64,000 bases of DNA, from the NCBI RefSeq assembly GCF_009914755.1, contig NC_060928.1; one strand, given 5' to 3'. The notes beneath the pieces were generated by a model. The model was not told the origin of the DNA and did not search any database. It worked only from the letters and a program-made list of their open reading frames with translations. Positions 1 through 14,044 of this stretch are shown piece after piece. The position numbers and the translations under genes are program-made. How positions within the stretch are numbered: position 1 is the stretch's first letter; the number at the start of each line of letters is the position of its first letter. The DNA is from the human T2T-CHM13v2.0 reference genome, Homo sapiens.

Positions 1-361
1 ATAAAAATCTCTTTTTAAAAGCACAAAAGAGAAGTATGTCATATACTTTATACACCATCTTAGGTCTTTTTGGAATAATTTGTTTCTGACCTTTGTCTCT
101 TTGTTCAAACCCAGTTGAAAAACAAGGTAAATAAGGTTTTATTTTGTTCCTGGACCAAGTCTGGTTGGGAAGATAGAGGAGTAAATCAATGTTAAGCTAC
201 TATCATTCATTCCACAAATAATTATTAAGTAACTAGTCCTCTTACCCATTCCTGGAAAAAAAAAAAAAAAGAAACAAGGCAAAAATACAAAAATAACGGT
301 TCTTATAAACGTTGTTTTATAATAAGGAAAACAGACCATACAAGAATAACACAATAGGCCA

Positions 362-664
362 GGCCAGATGCAGTGGCTCATACCTGTAATCCCAGCACTT
401 TGGGAGGCCAAGGTGGGCGAATCACGAGGTGAGGAGATCGAGACCATCCTGGCTAACACGGTGAAACCCCGTTTCTACTAAAAATACAAAAACAAAATGT
501 TAGCCGGGCGTGGTGGCAGGTGCCTGTAGTCCCAGCTACTTGGGAGGCTGAGATGGGAAAATGGTGTGAACTCGGGTGGTGGAGCTTGTAGTGAGCCTAG
601 ATCTGCACTCCAGCCCGGGTGACAGAGCGAGACTCTGTCTCAAAAAAGAAAAAAGAAAAAAAAG
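362..664 (+). mobile_element. Alu SINE, AluY-like
   Basis: Full dimer with gagatcgagaccatcctggctaacacggtg, A-tail, and TSD agaataacacaata at 343-356 and 665-678. Confidence 0.93.
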
Positions 665-699
665 AGAATAACACAATAATATAAGATTATTAAATTGCA

Positions 700-1150
700 T
701 GTGAGAAATTGAAAATTACAATAGGGAAAAAATAGAATGGAATAAAGGTGTTCCAGTTTATAAACACTGCAATTTAAACTGTGTTGGTAAGATTTATTTG
801 AAAAGAGATGATTTTAGCAAGACTTGAAAAGCATGAGGTAGTTAGCTACATAGATATCTCAGGAGAGAGTATTCCAGGCAAAGAAAAGGCCAGTGCAAAA
901 TCCCTAAGGCAAGTGTGCACCTAATGAATGTAATCAAAAATGTAGAGGTCAGGGTAATAGGAGCAGAATGAACAAGGGGGAAAAAAGGAGATGAGATCAT
1001 GTAAAAACTAGTGAGCAATTGCGAGGCCTTTGGCATTGCATCTCCTGAGATTAAACTGGAACCCATGATAGAGTTTTAAGTAAAGATGTGGTGCAAACTA
1101 ATGTCTGTTTTTAAATGGCTGCTACGTTGAAAGACAACTGAGCAGTTCAA
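700..1150 (-). mobile_element. L2 LINE fragment
   Basis: attccaggcaaagaaaaggccagtgcaaaatccctaaggc resembles the antisense L2 3' region; boundaries approximate. Confidence 0.65.
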
Positions 1151-2059
1151 GGAGAAGGAGAGGTAAGTGATGTAGGCCCATACAGCTGCAAGAGCTCGGA
1201 GGTCATGATTCTCAGCCTAAGTCAGGAAAGCTTTCTGACAGAAGTTACTCTAGAGTTGTCATGTACTGTTGATTGAATTTTGGTGCCTAACTAGTGGATA
1301 AGGTCAATGAGACATTTGCCTTTAGTGGGTTTACAAAGAGTAAGAGTTTGAGTTATCTCCACCCTAAAAATAATAAAACAGATCAATACTAGGAGCTTGT
1401 AGCTTAATCTCCTCAAAGGCATCAGAAATTATAGACAAGAACTTTTTTATAATTTTTGTGAACATTATAACTTTAAAGTTTACTTTATTTCTTACTATTA
1501 TGTGGAATCCTGGAATCAACTAATATCACCCATGTTTCTTATCTGTAGACAATAAACAAAATTCAGTGGCCGTTCTGTTCTTCTTTCTATATCTTATATA
1601 ATTACTCTTATGCTTTCCATCCAAAATCACCTCAGCATGCATTTTGAAACTCCCTTTCTATTGCAAATAATTTCCTTATAAAAGCTTGTAACAGAAAATA
1701 TCTCTCTGTTCTTTCCTAATTGAGTACTAGAAATCCCCTAAACCCTCTTTGGTGGAGAATACTTGTTCACCATGTCATTTGGAATTCCCAGGTCAGGAGT
1801 TTTATTGAGGAGAAGGAAAGAGTCAGCATTACTTTTGTTACTTTGTGTCACTTCCAAACCTTTGACCTCCATCTTCTTATGTACAAGGCCACAATGTTTT
1901 TGAAGCTCATTCCATCTAGACTAGTTTATTCTATTAATGTCTATTCGAATTATTTTCCATAATAATTGAAGTCATAGACATCTGTCTTACTGTTTTTTTT
2001 TCTTGAATTCTGTTACCCTAATTGTTATAACTCATTAACATTAATCACCAAGTATATCT

Positions 2060-2400
2060 GACTTACCACTTTCTTTTTGACGTGTTAGGATCACATGTGA
2101 GACTCCTCTGTTTTGACAAAAGCATTGTGAGCAGAAATGTTCTATGTTACTTTCTAGCCAGATAGTTTAATTGCTGGTTTGAGATGCTCCAGAGTACTTT
2201 TTTCCTCTGGCATGACAAGAAGTAATACTTGTTGATAGTGTTTACTGCTTCAGCCAAGATCCCTAAATAGGTATGAAAAATAGAATGCTTAAGCAGACTA
2301 GTGAGGGGCTAGCAGCATGAGTGAAATATACACATTTGTTTTAACCCACTGAGATATGGATGTGTTGATAATGTAGCATGAATTAGCCTACTCTGCCACT
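2060..2400 (+). mobile_element. MLT1 (ERVL-MaLR) LTR, 5' LTR of a MaLR remnant
   Basis: MLT1-type motifs gtgagcagaaatgttctatgttactttc and gttttaacccactgagatatggatgtgttg...tagcctactctg. Confidence 0.65.
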
Positions 2401-4148
2401 GAGTAACTTATATGTTGTAATAAAATTGAATTAACATATGTGTTATTGGCTAATGGGTGGGCTGCTTGTGGTTGGAAACTGTTATCATAAAGTGAAAGTA
2501 TGACAATCCTTATTACACAGTGGAAAAATAGTTAAATTCTCACCACTATAAGACAAAATATATTTTATGAACTTAACAGAACTAGTAAAGAGATCGAAGA
2601 ACAAAATTCTAGCAGTGTGTTTTGGCTATAGTTGACAAATTGCTATAAAAAAGGGATGAGCTCAGAAAATATTTGCATGATTGAAAGCAGAAGGAAGAAT
2701 AAAAATAATCCAGAAATTCAGAGACTTGTAGGATTGAAAGATGTAGCTGTTTCTTATCACCAACTTATAAAATACAAAACTAAGAAGGCCTTTAAGTGTA
2801 AGGGCTGATTAGAATACATCCTTGCTGTAAGATTCAAATGAATGTTATGGCTGCCACAACAGCTGGTAAGACATGTGAAAGAATTTAGGTACCATCCGGC
2901 ACACTTCTCCCTTAGACAAAATGGCCAAGTGAAAAGAAATTAGAAGTATAATTTCTTAGGTAACAGAGGCAGATTATGTCAAGAAAGAGACATAGAAGAA
3001 AGGCATGTTTATCAATGGACTGTGAGTATGAGTATCAGCACCTGAAAAAGAATAGCTCTGAGAAATTTGTACTACTAAAAAAAACCATGGTCCTGGATAT
3101 GTGCTCTCCAAGGTGGTAGCCACCAGCCACATGGAGCTATTGAGTGTGACGTGGCTAATGTGATGAAAGAAATTAAATTTTTAAATTTTATTTTGATTAA
3201 TTTAAATTAAAATCCTGAAGCATGTTAAATTTTTTTGTTAAACACAATTTTATTTTTTGGAAAACCTGTTTCCACTGAAAATGTAGCATCATAATTGAGA
3301 TATCTGTACATGTAAAATATACCCTGCACTTTCAGACTTATTAAAAAAAAAAAGTAAAATATCTCATTCATGATCATTTTATATTGACTGTAAAATATAA
3401 CATTTTACACATTTGGGTTAAATAACGTAGATTAGGAAAATGAATTTTACCTGCTTATTTTTTAAAAATTTTTAATGGAATATTTTTAAATGGCTTAAGT
3501 GGTCTGCATTATGTTTTAGCAGATTGTACTGACTGGACTGAAAAACAGTTGTGACAATTTGGGACTTTAAATCATCCTCGCACTCCTATACTTGAGCAGG
3601 CTTGAAACAAGCTGAGACAACCAGATGCCCAACCTCCAGGAAGCCATATTATCTACTTTACCTGTTTAAATATGGCAAAGTAAAAGAATGGGGGGAAAAA
3701 AAAGTCTTCTCCAGAGAGCAGCTTGAGAGCCATGAAAGCAATGGACCATGGAGCTCCTCTCAAGAGGGGATAATCCTCATCCCCAAGGAGTGGGCACTCA
3801 TAATTTCTGCCTAAGGAGACAAATACAGAACATTTGTTGGTTGCTGTGTCTTCCATTACTCTCCTCTCTCAGTGTGTATTACTGATATTCCCTCCCTGCT
3901 CTCTCCCCATATATCAGATGGATGCAGTCAGAATACTTATTTTGGTGTACAGAGCAAAATAAGCTATATTCAGACTCAAGTTAGAGACTGCTGAGCATAA
4001 CCCCTGAGACAGAAACAATCATACATCATAAAACAATCCTGGGCTTTGAGCTAGATGCCCTGACCAGAGAGAGCCGGCTTCTCTCACTTGGAAAGTATCT
4101 CCTTATTTTCTAACTACAGGAAAGAAAGTTAGCTGAATATGTGGGGCA
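2401..4148 (+). mobile_element. MLT1 internal region (degraded)
   Basis: Lies between two MLT1-type LTRs; atccttattacacagtggaaaaatagttaaattctcacc resembles MaLR-int. Confidence 0.5.
3098..3531 (+). mobile_element. hAT-Charlie DNA transposon (Charlie1b/MER33-like) nested in MLT1-int
   Basis: gtagccaccagccacatggagctattgag start and aattgagatatctgtacatgtaaaatatac core. Confidence 0.75.
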
Positions 4149-4149
4149 C

Positions 4150-4510
4150 TGTAGTAGCCATTAAAGCTGTTCACCAAATATTTCCAGCTTTCTTTTTTCT
4201 TTGAAGAATTGTGCTATTGGATCTCTTATGTGGGGTGGGACCGTTTGAAAACCTGTGATTTATAAACTGAAGAGATTTGTATCACTTCTGGGCTGAAACA
4301 ATCCTCTCTTATCCAGTAACCAACAATTATGTTGTTGACTCCTGCTTCGTTAGCCTGTGTACCTGAGTGGACATATGAATGAATGGAGCTTCTCTGCTGA
4401 ACCATAATAGACACAAACCATGGGCAAGAAATAAGCTTCGTTATTTTATGTCACTGAGATACAGGGGCTGTTGGTGACCTTGGTTTATCCTAGGCTATCC
4501 TGACAGACAT
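4150..4510 (+). mobile_element. MLT1 LTR (3' LTR)
   Basis: Starts tgtagtagcc; caagaaataagcttcgttattttatgtcactgagat and ctatcctgacagaca end are typical of the MLT1I/J/K group. Confidence 0.7.
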
Positions 4511-4893
4511 ACTTGACATCTAATTAGAAATCCATTCAACAAACTGGTCTTCATTCAGAAAACCATTCTCATGACTCTACACTGCTCCGTTTTATAAACC
4601 GTATTTGTTTTACTTCTGAAATCTTAAAATTCATCTATACTTTCACTAACCATTTTTTATTTATTTTTGTAGAATCCCATGCTAAAAGTACATTTGTCCT
4701 TTGATTGTGATGAGATATTTATTCTTTTAACACATCCGTTTCTCAGATTCATAGCTTTGGTCTGTCACCTAAACATAGGAGTTTAGGACTTCCTAAGCAT
4801 AGGAATTTTGGCCTTTGTAAAACTCTATTTATATTGTTCACATTTGTCTGTCTTTTTTTTCCCTGAATGACAAATTGAACTTTACTTGAGCCC

Positions 4894-5548
4894 TGTCATT
4901 CTGGAAATCAGTGACATTCAAAAAACTCTCCCCACCTATTTGTATTCCAGAAATGGCTTAAAGCAAGGAACTAGCCTTCTCCATGTTACTTAAGTAAAAC
5001 TCAAGGATGATCCCATTGTTTACCTATGAGATAGCCAAACACAGAACCCCCTGACTCCCCACCGCAAATTACCATTCTTTGCCTCATAAATGATTAATTG
5101 TACTATTTGGGCACACTGAACGATCTGGACAAAATACCTGCTACCTTGACTCAACCAAATTTAATTAAGCTTTTCTCCTTCCTCCAGCTTCCTGAACTTT
5201 GACACCCCTCAGCCCTTAGCCTGAGCTCATATTCAATTCCTCCTTAATAGCCCCTCCAGAGAATGGGCTGACTTCAAGAAAACACATTCCCTGATCAACT
5301 GTCTAATCATAGGACCCTTCCATTCCACTTCCCCTAACCCACTTCCTCTAACCTTGTTCACTCCTCCCTATTTAAAAAACAAAACAAAACAACAACGAAA
5401 AAACCTTTTTGCCTTACCTTTGACATCCTTTCAGATCTCTTGGCCCTTGCATTGTTCCTATTACAACTATACTTCCCTGCTTTGTGAAATAATCTCTTTG
5501 AATAAAGTCTTTCCTTATCTATGTTGAGATTTGTTTTTCAATTAACAA
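4894..5548 (+). mobile_element. Solo ERV1-class LTR, family uncertain (MER34/MER89-like)
   Basis: TG...CA termini, TATA-like ccctatttaaaa, and aataaagtctttcctta polyA signal. Confidence 0.6.
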
Positions 5549-6719
5549 TTTTATTATTGCTATTATTATTTATTATTATTATGTAATTTAACAATTTTAT
5601 TACATTTTTTGACAAACAGAATTTCCACATTCTCCATTGTGTTGTTTCATGTTTCAAGGTAATTTAATCATTATTACTAAAAATAGAATAAAGAAAATTT
5701 TAATGAAAAATTTAAATTCTTACACTTTGTATGCTATATCCCTACAGAGATTACCTGATATTAACCCTGTCACCTCGGCAGCTGCATTATTTTGGGTAGT
5801 GCGTTTTGTAATTCTATGATCCAGCTTTATTTTTCTTACCTTTCCTCGTTTTCACACAGTCTTATAATCACACTTTTGTGTAGAATTTCTATGTTTATTT
5901 CCTCTGCTAGAAATATCACCCACGTGCTTGTGATTCCCCCTCTTTTTTTTTCTAATTAAGCTCTCAGTTTGGAAGTCAGTTTATTTGGGAAAGCTTCCTC
6001 AAACCCCTCATCCTGTTTGCAGTCCCCTCCTATGTGCCGCTTCCTTCCCAAATGCTTCTACCCTCATTGGTCCTGCTTCATTACCAAATGACTCTCCCAT
6101 CAAGCCATCGTAATCCTGAATTGTAAATATCCCTTTTAATTTCTAGGTAAAATAATCATTTCTTTCAGGAAGGGAAAAAAAACACTAAAAGAATGCTGAC
6201 AATAGTGCAATTTGCAAAGCTTGGGTTATTCAATCTGGATTGCTATCATATAAAAAATATGGTAAAAATGTCCAGAATGGTTTGACATTATCAGTCTGGT
6301 CAACTCCACTGTGCCCGTATAATACAAGTTTAAGATAAGCCCTGTTTCCTATGGATCTATTCCTAATCTCCTGGAGACAATACAATTGCTTCCAATAACA
6401 ATTTACACAGGCAGCAAAGTACAAATCTATATAAAGGAGAAAAAGCTCCTGAAGGCAATCACAGTTGAAAGATGTTACCTATTATCAGGCACACAATAAA
6501 GAAATCTTTTTATATTATCGTGCACAGCAGTTAGCACCCTATTGAACATACCTAAATGGGATCTTGATTTTAACTTTGAACAGAGAAGACCCATTGAAAT
6601 ATTTGATTCAAACAAAGGGTCTCTTAACTCTAAAGGTGAATCCAAGCAATACAGAAAAATTTCAGTGCTTTTCTACCAACTTCTCTCTTTTTAAAATGAA
6701 TTTTTTTCCTTCTATCAAA

Positions 6720-7000
6720 CTTCTAGATGTTGACAGGCTTCAAATCTTGGTCCTAGGCTATTTTCACCTTTCTATCTGTTCTAGCTCCTAATGTGATCTA
6801 GTTCAATACCATGCTTTCATAATATTCAGACTCTTAAGTTAAAAAAGTACCTGACATCTTCATTTAAGTGTCTAATACAAGGCTAAATATGAAAATGTCA
6901 AAGTAAAAATTGAAAATTAGGATCTTCAACTTCTTTTCTACCAGTCATTTGCATAAAGATAAATAGCACCAAATGGACCAGTTGCACAAGCCAAAATCTT
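6720..7000 (+). mobile_element. L2 fragment
   Basis: gtgatctagttcaataccatgcttt and ccagttgcacaagccaaaatc match the L2 sense strand. Confidence 0.55.
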
Positions 7001-7001
7001 T

Positions 7002-8516
7002 CAGAAGCAGATCTAAAAATTTGGATTCGAAGCTTTTAAGTCTAGGGATTGGGCTCCTCAAGAAATATAAAATTATGAATACACATTTTAGTTTAAAATG
7101 GTATTTGCAATGAGAAAGTAATCACAATAAATTATAAATTTAAAGAAGTTGACAAACACCACACGCATTCCAAAATGCCAGATGCCATTAGTGCAAGATA
7201 TATAAGATACAGAAGACATATTCTAATATTTTTGGCTCTGCAGAAAAGATGACTTTGTAGTCAGTCATAAACAGTCTTTATAGTACTGAGAGATTAAAAA
7301 TACAAATGAACAATAGCCAGACTATACATATAAAATAGAACTCTAATCTATAATTTGTAGCAACTTGACCAGGAAGACAAACTACTGTCTACTGTAACCA
7401 GTCCAGGGAGTCAGACCCACTATCTCTAGCAGCAGTTCAAGAACAAAACAAGAACCCCTGTATCAGTCAGCCCCAAATGGCTAGGATCTGATTAATAACT
7501 GAGAGATAATTTTTGCCCATTTTTCCAATTTAGAACCAACCAAGGAAACCCAAGCATGCACCCCTAACCATTCATGTAGAATGAATGTCCTGCTTCTATT
7601 TATCCTGCCTACAGCTTCTCCATGCAGACAGACCACAGTCGAGGCATCACTAAGGCCTTTCCTTTTCTTCCCACTCTTTTGTTTGCTTAAAATCTTCCCT
7701 CTTTTCTGTCTGTCTTTGAGCCTGACAAACACAATTGATAATGGCTTATTCCCTTGCTGTAGTAAGGTCTCAATAAAAGCCCATGCTTGTTCTGGGGGCT
7801 GGGTTTATTTCCATAGTATCACTACCAGTTTTTTCCCTAAAACAAAAACTAAAACTAGGATTTCTAAATAATTTAATTTCATGTGATCCTAGTTAAAGAA
7901 AAAGGAAAATAATGTACACTGAATCTTAAATCCCGTCATTGCAATTCCAAGTTTATTCCTGGCAGGTTTGGCTATTCGTCATTAAGAACTATATCCTCTG
8001 ATTTTACATCTTCATATTTTTTTGATGATTGAAATAATTTTCCACTGACTGCCTTCTGACACTGTTCATCTCAAAATCTGCTTCTCCCTTACAAGTTCAA
8101 GTCTCTAAGTACCTTCGTGGCAAAATGGCAGATGGAATATTCCTAGAAATATTTTCTAACTGAGGACAGCCAGTGGTAAATATGCATGTAAGTGACGTTA
8201 GACTATGTCCAAACTAAATACATCTCCTACTCAATTTTGCCCAGGCTGCAGGCTGGATTCCTTCTAAACATACACACACAAGTCTGGTGATTTCAATGGT
8301 GCCAAAAATAAGAGGAGATCTGGTGGAGGGAAAAAAAATACAGAGTGGAAAGTAACAGTGGATTTAACCAATTACTGGTAAAATATTTTATTTTTTTAAT
8401 TTTTACATAAACTTATAGACATGAGCTAGAATTCTTCCCAAAACCTTGGAACATGCATAATAAGGGACGAGCCTAGAGGCCAAACTCTATTACTTTTAGA
8501 GTCAATATATCTCTGA
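7002..8516 (-). mobile_element. hAT-Tip100 Zaphod/MER115-type DNA transposon, interrupted by an LTR
   Basis: Inverted termini cagaagcagat (7002) and atatctctg (8516); subterminal sequences resemble both Zaphod ends. Confidence 0.55.
7287..7815 (+). mobile_element. Solo ERV1 LTR, MER67-like
   Basis: ccagactatacatataaaatagaactct, ttccaatttagaaccaacc, and aataaa at about 7772. Confidence 0.65.
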
Positions 8517-9548
8517 CCAACAGTCATCTTAAATTTTGCTTTTCTTTCCTACACCCATCAAGCCCTTCTGTTAAAGAGGATCCATGTACATATAAAAAAA
8601 TGAAAAGTAAAGATTAATGTACCTATGGGCAGAAAACTGGAGATATTCTGCTGGGAATATTATAAAAAGCAAAACGTGAGGCAGCACAGTACCCTGGAAT
8701 GGACTGGGAAATAGAAGCGAGAGATTGCTGCAGAAGATTTTGCCCCTGAGTTCTGAAGGTTAGTATAATTACCTTCTAGGTTCAAATGTTAAGTTTTCTC
8801 TTTGTGGTGCTCTTCCAGCCTTTTATCACTGAGTGTTAAATAAAGTTTTGTAATAAATATGTAACCTGGGCTTTGGAGAACTAAGGAATGGCTTTCTATC
8901 CTCCCTTGAGACAGGTCTGTGCAAGACATTGTGGTTTTTCTTGACTCGCTTGTATGAAGCATTAAGGTCACTGTCTTCACCTCTCCATGAAGTAGTTAGA
9001 GCCAATGCAAGAGCTGATCTGTTGTGTTGAGACCGAAAAGAACACAGGAGACAGAAAAGAACCAGAAACAGACAGGGGAGACACAGGCAGGGAGAACAAA
9101 CCAAGAGAGGTGAGATAATCTCTTCGCTTATGTAATACTCTGCAGAGTTTTCAGGGGAAAGATGAATCAAAAACCGAGAAAACATGCCTATTCATAAATA
9201 TATAAATAGTTAAGCTTATTATTAACAAAATAAATCCAAGAGCATGTATGCAGGTAGCTCACATGTGACTCCAAAGCTATAGCTGATTTTCAGTATTTTA
9301 ATCTAGAATTAAGTCTAGTATTACTATATACTCTCAGTAAACCATCAACAGCTATTCGATTCGCATCAGTAGGTGTGTTAACCTTACTTTGCTGTTCGTT
9401 TTTATATAATTCTTTATCAGTACCTCCTGTGGTTGCCCCTGACAGTGCATCCACTTGACAGTACATATGAGTAGTCACATTCTTTAATATTTCTTATGAA
9501 AGGGTAGGTTAAGATCAGTTTCTTACAAGTTACTTACTGTATTCTAAG

Positions 9549-9695
9549 ACAGTGACCAGTAGCACTTAGAGACTTATTTAAAATGCAAACTTGAGGATCC
9601 CTCCTTAGACCTATCCAATTAGAATCCAGCAATGGCAGATTTACTAGGTCTTCGGGTGACACTCTTATGCTCAATAGTGTGAGAGCTTCTTGTGG
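9549..9695. mobile_element. MER5 (hAT-Charlie MITE) fragment
   Basis: cttattaaaatgcaaac...agacctatccaattagaatc...ggtgacactcttatgc. Confidence 0.55.
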
Positions 9696-10379
9696 ACTAT
9701 AACTATTTAGCCAGAGGCATTCAACTAATACTGCTATTACTGCATCATTTTCAATTAATGTTACACTGCAGCTGACACGATTTTTCCAACATGACTATTA
9801 AATCATACCACTAAACTAAGGACTCTTAGCATAAAGAACCCTCTATAATCATCAGAGCTGGTACACTCCATTGCTATTATTGCAATAATGCATGGAAACA
9901 CAAATAGGTTTTGGAAATAAAAAGTTAAATTATCCTTTTTTTGTCATCAATTGGAAAACCCTTATATTTAATAGAAGAGTTTGCATATTATAACTTGGTT
10001 TAAATTTGATATTAGAATACAGATATATTTTTATGATAACAACACATACATACTTTAAATTTTTTCAAAACAAGAACATTCTACTCTTGGACCCCGAATA
10101 GACTTGAATATCAAGTTTTGTGGCCTTATGAGCCTAGGGTAAAAATAAGACCAAGTCCAGAGTATACCTAAGAGTAATGGAGAAACCTCCGATCATGTAG
10201 CAGAGAGCACATAGGATACTTTATGGAAAAGAGAAAAAAGCACTTTCTGAGAAGTCTTATTGTGCCTCTTATACAAGTTTGCAGCCTTAATTTATATTAT
10301 CATTACACATGTGAAGAGTTTACTGTAAAGTAGTTACAGAAAACAGTTCTTCCAAATTTCTTAAAAAACTATTATCCCA

Positions 10380-12270
10380 GGTCTCAAAAATTTAAATAGA
10401 AACAGTATTAAGAAAAATGAATAGAAAAACATTTTTTAAAAATCACTAAGTAAGAAACAAAAGTACAACAGGCAAGAATCAGCAGGAACATAGGAAGCAG
10501 AATTATAACTCAAAATAACTAAAATATATTAATTATTAAAGTATCAAACTCCATTGTATATCAAGAAATAAAAGAATATAATAATATATATAATTTAAAA
10601 GCAAACAAATTTACAAAAAATAAGTACCATTTCTAAAAATTAAAAATATAAAAATAAAACAATTAGTATTTAATTTCAAGTTAGACACAATCAAAAAGAA
10701 GAGAGGAACTTAGATGATAGAACTAAAAAATAATAGAATGTAGCAGAGAGAGGCAAGAAGTTGGAAAACATAGAATCTATAACAGACAAAATACAGTTTG
10801 AGGAAAGGAAAAACTATTCGCCCCTGGCAGAATCTCATATTGGCTGAAAAATCTGAGATACAGAAAGAAATGAAGACCAAAGAAGGTTACAAATACAAAG
10901 CTAAATATCTCAAACACTCATTTTATAAAATAATAAAAATGTTTCATGAAATGTAGTAAAAGTCAGATGTTAGGTTAACTAGCTAGTTTATGGTAATTGT
11001 TTCATGATGTATACATATATCAAACCATCACATTGTACAGTACATGTATTACTTTAATTTGTCAATTATACCTAAATATAGCAGAAAGAAAATTTAAATA
11101 TTTGAAAAGAATAGCATCTAATTTTTAAAAGATCTTGTTTTTTGTTAAAATATTCTTAGATCCTTGCATTGAAAGACAACACATAAATTCACCATGATTT
11201 TACGGAGATAAAAAGACAAGTATGAATACTAATATTTTCAGGACCAAAAATTGGTAAATAAGATTTTTAAATAATGTAATAGAAAACATAACAAGTGGAG
11301 CAAATAGGAAATACAGGATAGCATTTTATGGTTAAATCCAAATCTGTGTCATTATGATAGACATAAATGGGATGTTACGGTTAAAAACAGAATTTTTCAA
11401 TGGATAAAATCAAAACAAGCAAACAGAAATAGCTTTATACTATTAAGAAACACATGTAGAATTTGAGGTTTCTGAAAGTGTGAAAGGAAAATTACAGAAA
11501 AAATATGCCATACAAATATTAACCCTAGAAAGGTTAAGGCAACATAATTCCTATAGGTGAGAATTAGTATATAAGAAAAAGGCAAAAGCTTTTACTAACA
11601 TAAAGCTAAGACAATTCCAATCTTGTATGAACTAATAATACAGATTGACATGTATAAAGGAAAATTAACAAATACAGGCATATTTAGACAAAACCACAAT
11701 TCTTGTGAAAAATTCAAGCATACTGTTAAGGTTATTGGTAAAGCAGATTTAAAAAATCAATAAGGATATACATAATTTAAGTAACAGAAATAACAAGCTT
11801 GACCTAACCTACACATGTAACTTGCACACTGAACAGCTGCAGAAGACACTGTTTTCATAAACAGAGCATTCTGAAATATTGACAATATACTGGATCAAAG
11901 GAGACAAAATTATAGCTACAAAGGAAGAATAAGTTCTAGTGTTGTATGCCACTGTAGGATAACTATAGTTAAAAACGTATTTTATAGTGTCAAATAGCTT
12001 TAGAAGGAGGATATTGAATATTCATCCCCAACATAAAAAAGATAAATATTTGAGAAGATGGGTATGCTAATTACTCTGATCTAATCACTAAATATTATAT
12101 GTCTTAAAACATTGCTACATAACCCATGAATGTATGCAATTAGTATTTGTCCATTTTAATAAATTAAGTTAAATTAAATTTTAAGAAACAAGCAACCTCA
12201 ATCAATGTCAAGGGATTGAAATCGTAAAGATGTTATTTTCAACTACAATATGTTTAAGTATAATATCAGT
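10380..12270 (+). mobile_element. Old L1M LINE (ORF1 and ORF2 endonuclease remnants)
   Basis: A-rich; ORF2 start-like ataaatgggatg...tcaatggataaa at about 11360-11410; resumes after the nested insert with aacctcaatcaatgtcaagggattgaaatc. Confidence 0.7.
11900..12185 (+). mobile_element. L1MA 3' end nested in the older L1
   Basis: ggaagaataagttctagtgtt...gatgggtatgctaattactctgatct is characteristic of the L1MA 3' UTR. Confidence 0.8.
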
Positions 12271-13206
12271 CCCACTCACACCCCTGCCCCCAATGAATAC
12301 ACACAATGTTTAGAGATTAGGATCCATCTTGAGAAATTCATTTAAACATGCCCCTTTCTCATTTCGATTTAAAATATATGCACAAGTCAAATAGAAATAA
12401 AAATACAGAATCTGTGTTACTTATTTCTATCATACTTGCTCTTATTTTCTTTGTCTTCATAATATATTTTCCATTTAAACTACCTTGCTCACTCAAAGCC
12501 ATGTATTTATTATACAAACTTGTCTCATTTTACCTTTAAATTAATTTTAATTAATTAAAATATTGCTTTATTATTCAATTTTAAAAATTGAAGCTTTGCC
12601 AACTAAACACAAACTATTTTATTTTTGAAGAGATTTCTATAAAAGTATTTTCAGGACATACAATCAGCAGTTTTCCGAGTTGAAAATGTCACAGTCTTTT
12701 TATACTTTATTTCCCTTTTTGTAAAAACAAAATTTTTCTTGAACGTACTTTTTTTAAAGTAACATTATTTCTTTTTTTTTTCCCCTCTTAAGCTTCAGCC
12801 ATATGCCATTAATTCTCATTGAAGCTAGGTTTTAGCCAGGATCCTATTAAATTATTGATTTTAGATGTTATCTTACTATCTTGCCAGATGGCGTGAGAGA
12901 GGGAAATCTCATCTTGGGATCTTAAGAAATGAAATAACCTATTTTCCAGAAATAGAAGGTTGTTGCATGAGGATGCTCTTTATAGATGCTTAATTTCCAG
13001 TGATGTGAAAGCATGAGAAACAAAATGCAGTTTAACCATACTGAAAATAAAATGTTATAAACATATCCCTGTGAAAAGTTACATGATGTGGTTTAAGTGA
13101 CATCATTGCAACTCATTATAGCATTGGGAGCTTAAAAACACAGGTAATATTATTGTACCACGGGAAAAACAAAATCAACTAAACTACCAGTTTAAAATGG
13201 CATTTG

Positions 13207-13516
13207 GGCTGGGCTGAGTGGTTTGTGCCTATAATCCCAGCACTATGAGAGGCTGAGGCAGGCAGATCACTTAAGGTCAGGAGTTCGAGACCAGCCTGGC
13301 CAACAAGATGAAACCCCGTCTCTACTAAAAATACAAAAAAAAAAAAAAAAAAAAAAGTCAAGTGTGGTGGTGCATGCCTATAGTCCCAGCTACTTGGACA
13401 CAAGAATTGCTTGAACCTGGGAGGCAGAGGTAGCAGTAAGCTGAGATCCCACCACTGCACTCCAGCCTGGGCGACCAAGCAAGACTGTCTCAAAAAAATA
13501 AGTAAATAAAATAAAA
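13207..13516 (+). mobile_element. Alu SINE (AluS)
   Basis: Dimer; TSD taaaatggcatttg at 13193-13206 and 13517-13530. Confidence 0.93.
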
Positions 13517-14044
13517 TAAAATGGCATTTGGCTTGCAGCTCCTTCTGTGATATATATTTATTAAGCTTTTCCCTAAGTATACCAAAACAGACACTAATAT
13601 GACCCAGACTAAGATTGGCGATATGTCAGAATTTTCAAAGAATTTTCATTTACTATAAGGAAGGAGTTGGCCACACACATAAAACAGAAACAAACTAATC
13701 TGTTGGCAGAAGAAGGATTAAAAAAGAGCATTTCTGTTTTGTGTATTTGCAATCACAGATTAATGTACAAGGAGTAACACTAACTGAAAATTAAACTTCT
13801 GTTAAGGGAGTACACAGCTACTTATCTCCATTGTTCCAGTATTTTAAGATCCTGAATGGTAAAGGTCAGGAAGAAGGAATCACACATAATGGGTTCTCAA
13901 GTTCTTTGAATATTTTGTCCCAAAGTAAAATGATAAGGGCTGTTAGCAAAATATGTTTGGGATCATCTTTATTATTAGTTCAAATTATCAGAGAACAAGG
14001 ATATACACTCTGTAAAGTAGAAACACTCTAATAGTTTGTAGTCA

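Noticed and set aside
139-459. 106-aa ORF and similar ones (13179, 17769, 28636, 33637, 42330, 45475, 59512, 60196)
   Set aside because: Translations of Alu sequence ([18 protein letters not shown] motifs), not genes
8826-9185. 119-aa minus-strand hydrophobic ORF
   Set aside because: Arises from a low-complexity purine-rich tract; no domain similarity
9290-9478. Protein-like 62-aa minus-strand ORF with a possible ag...gtaagg exon
   Set aside because: No recognisable homology, weak polypyrimidine tract and no partner exons
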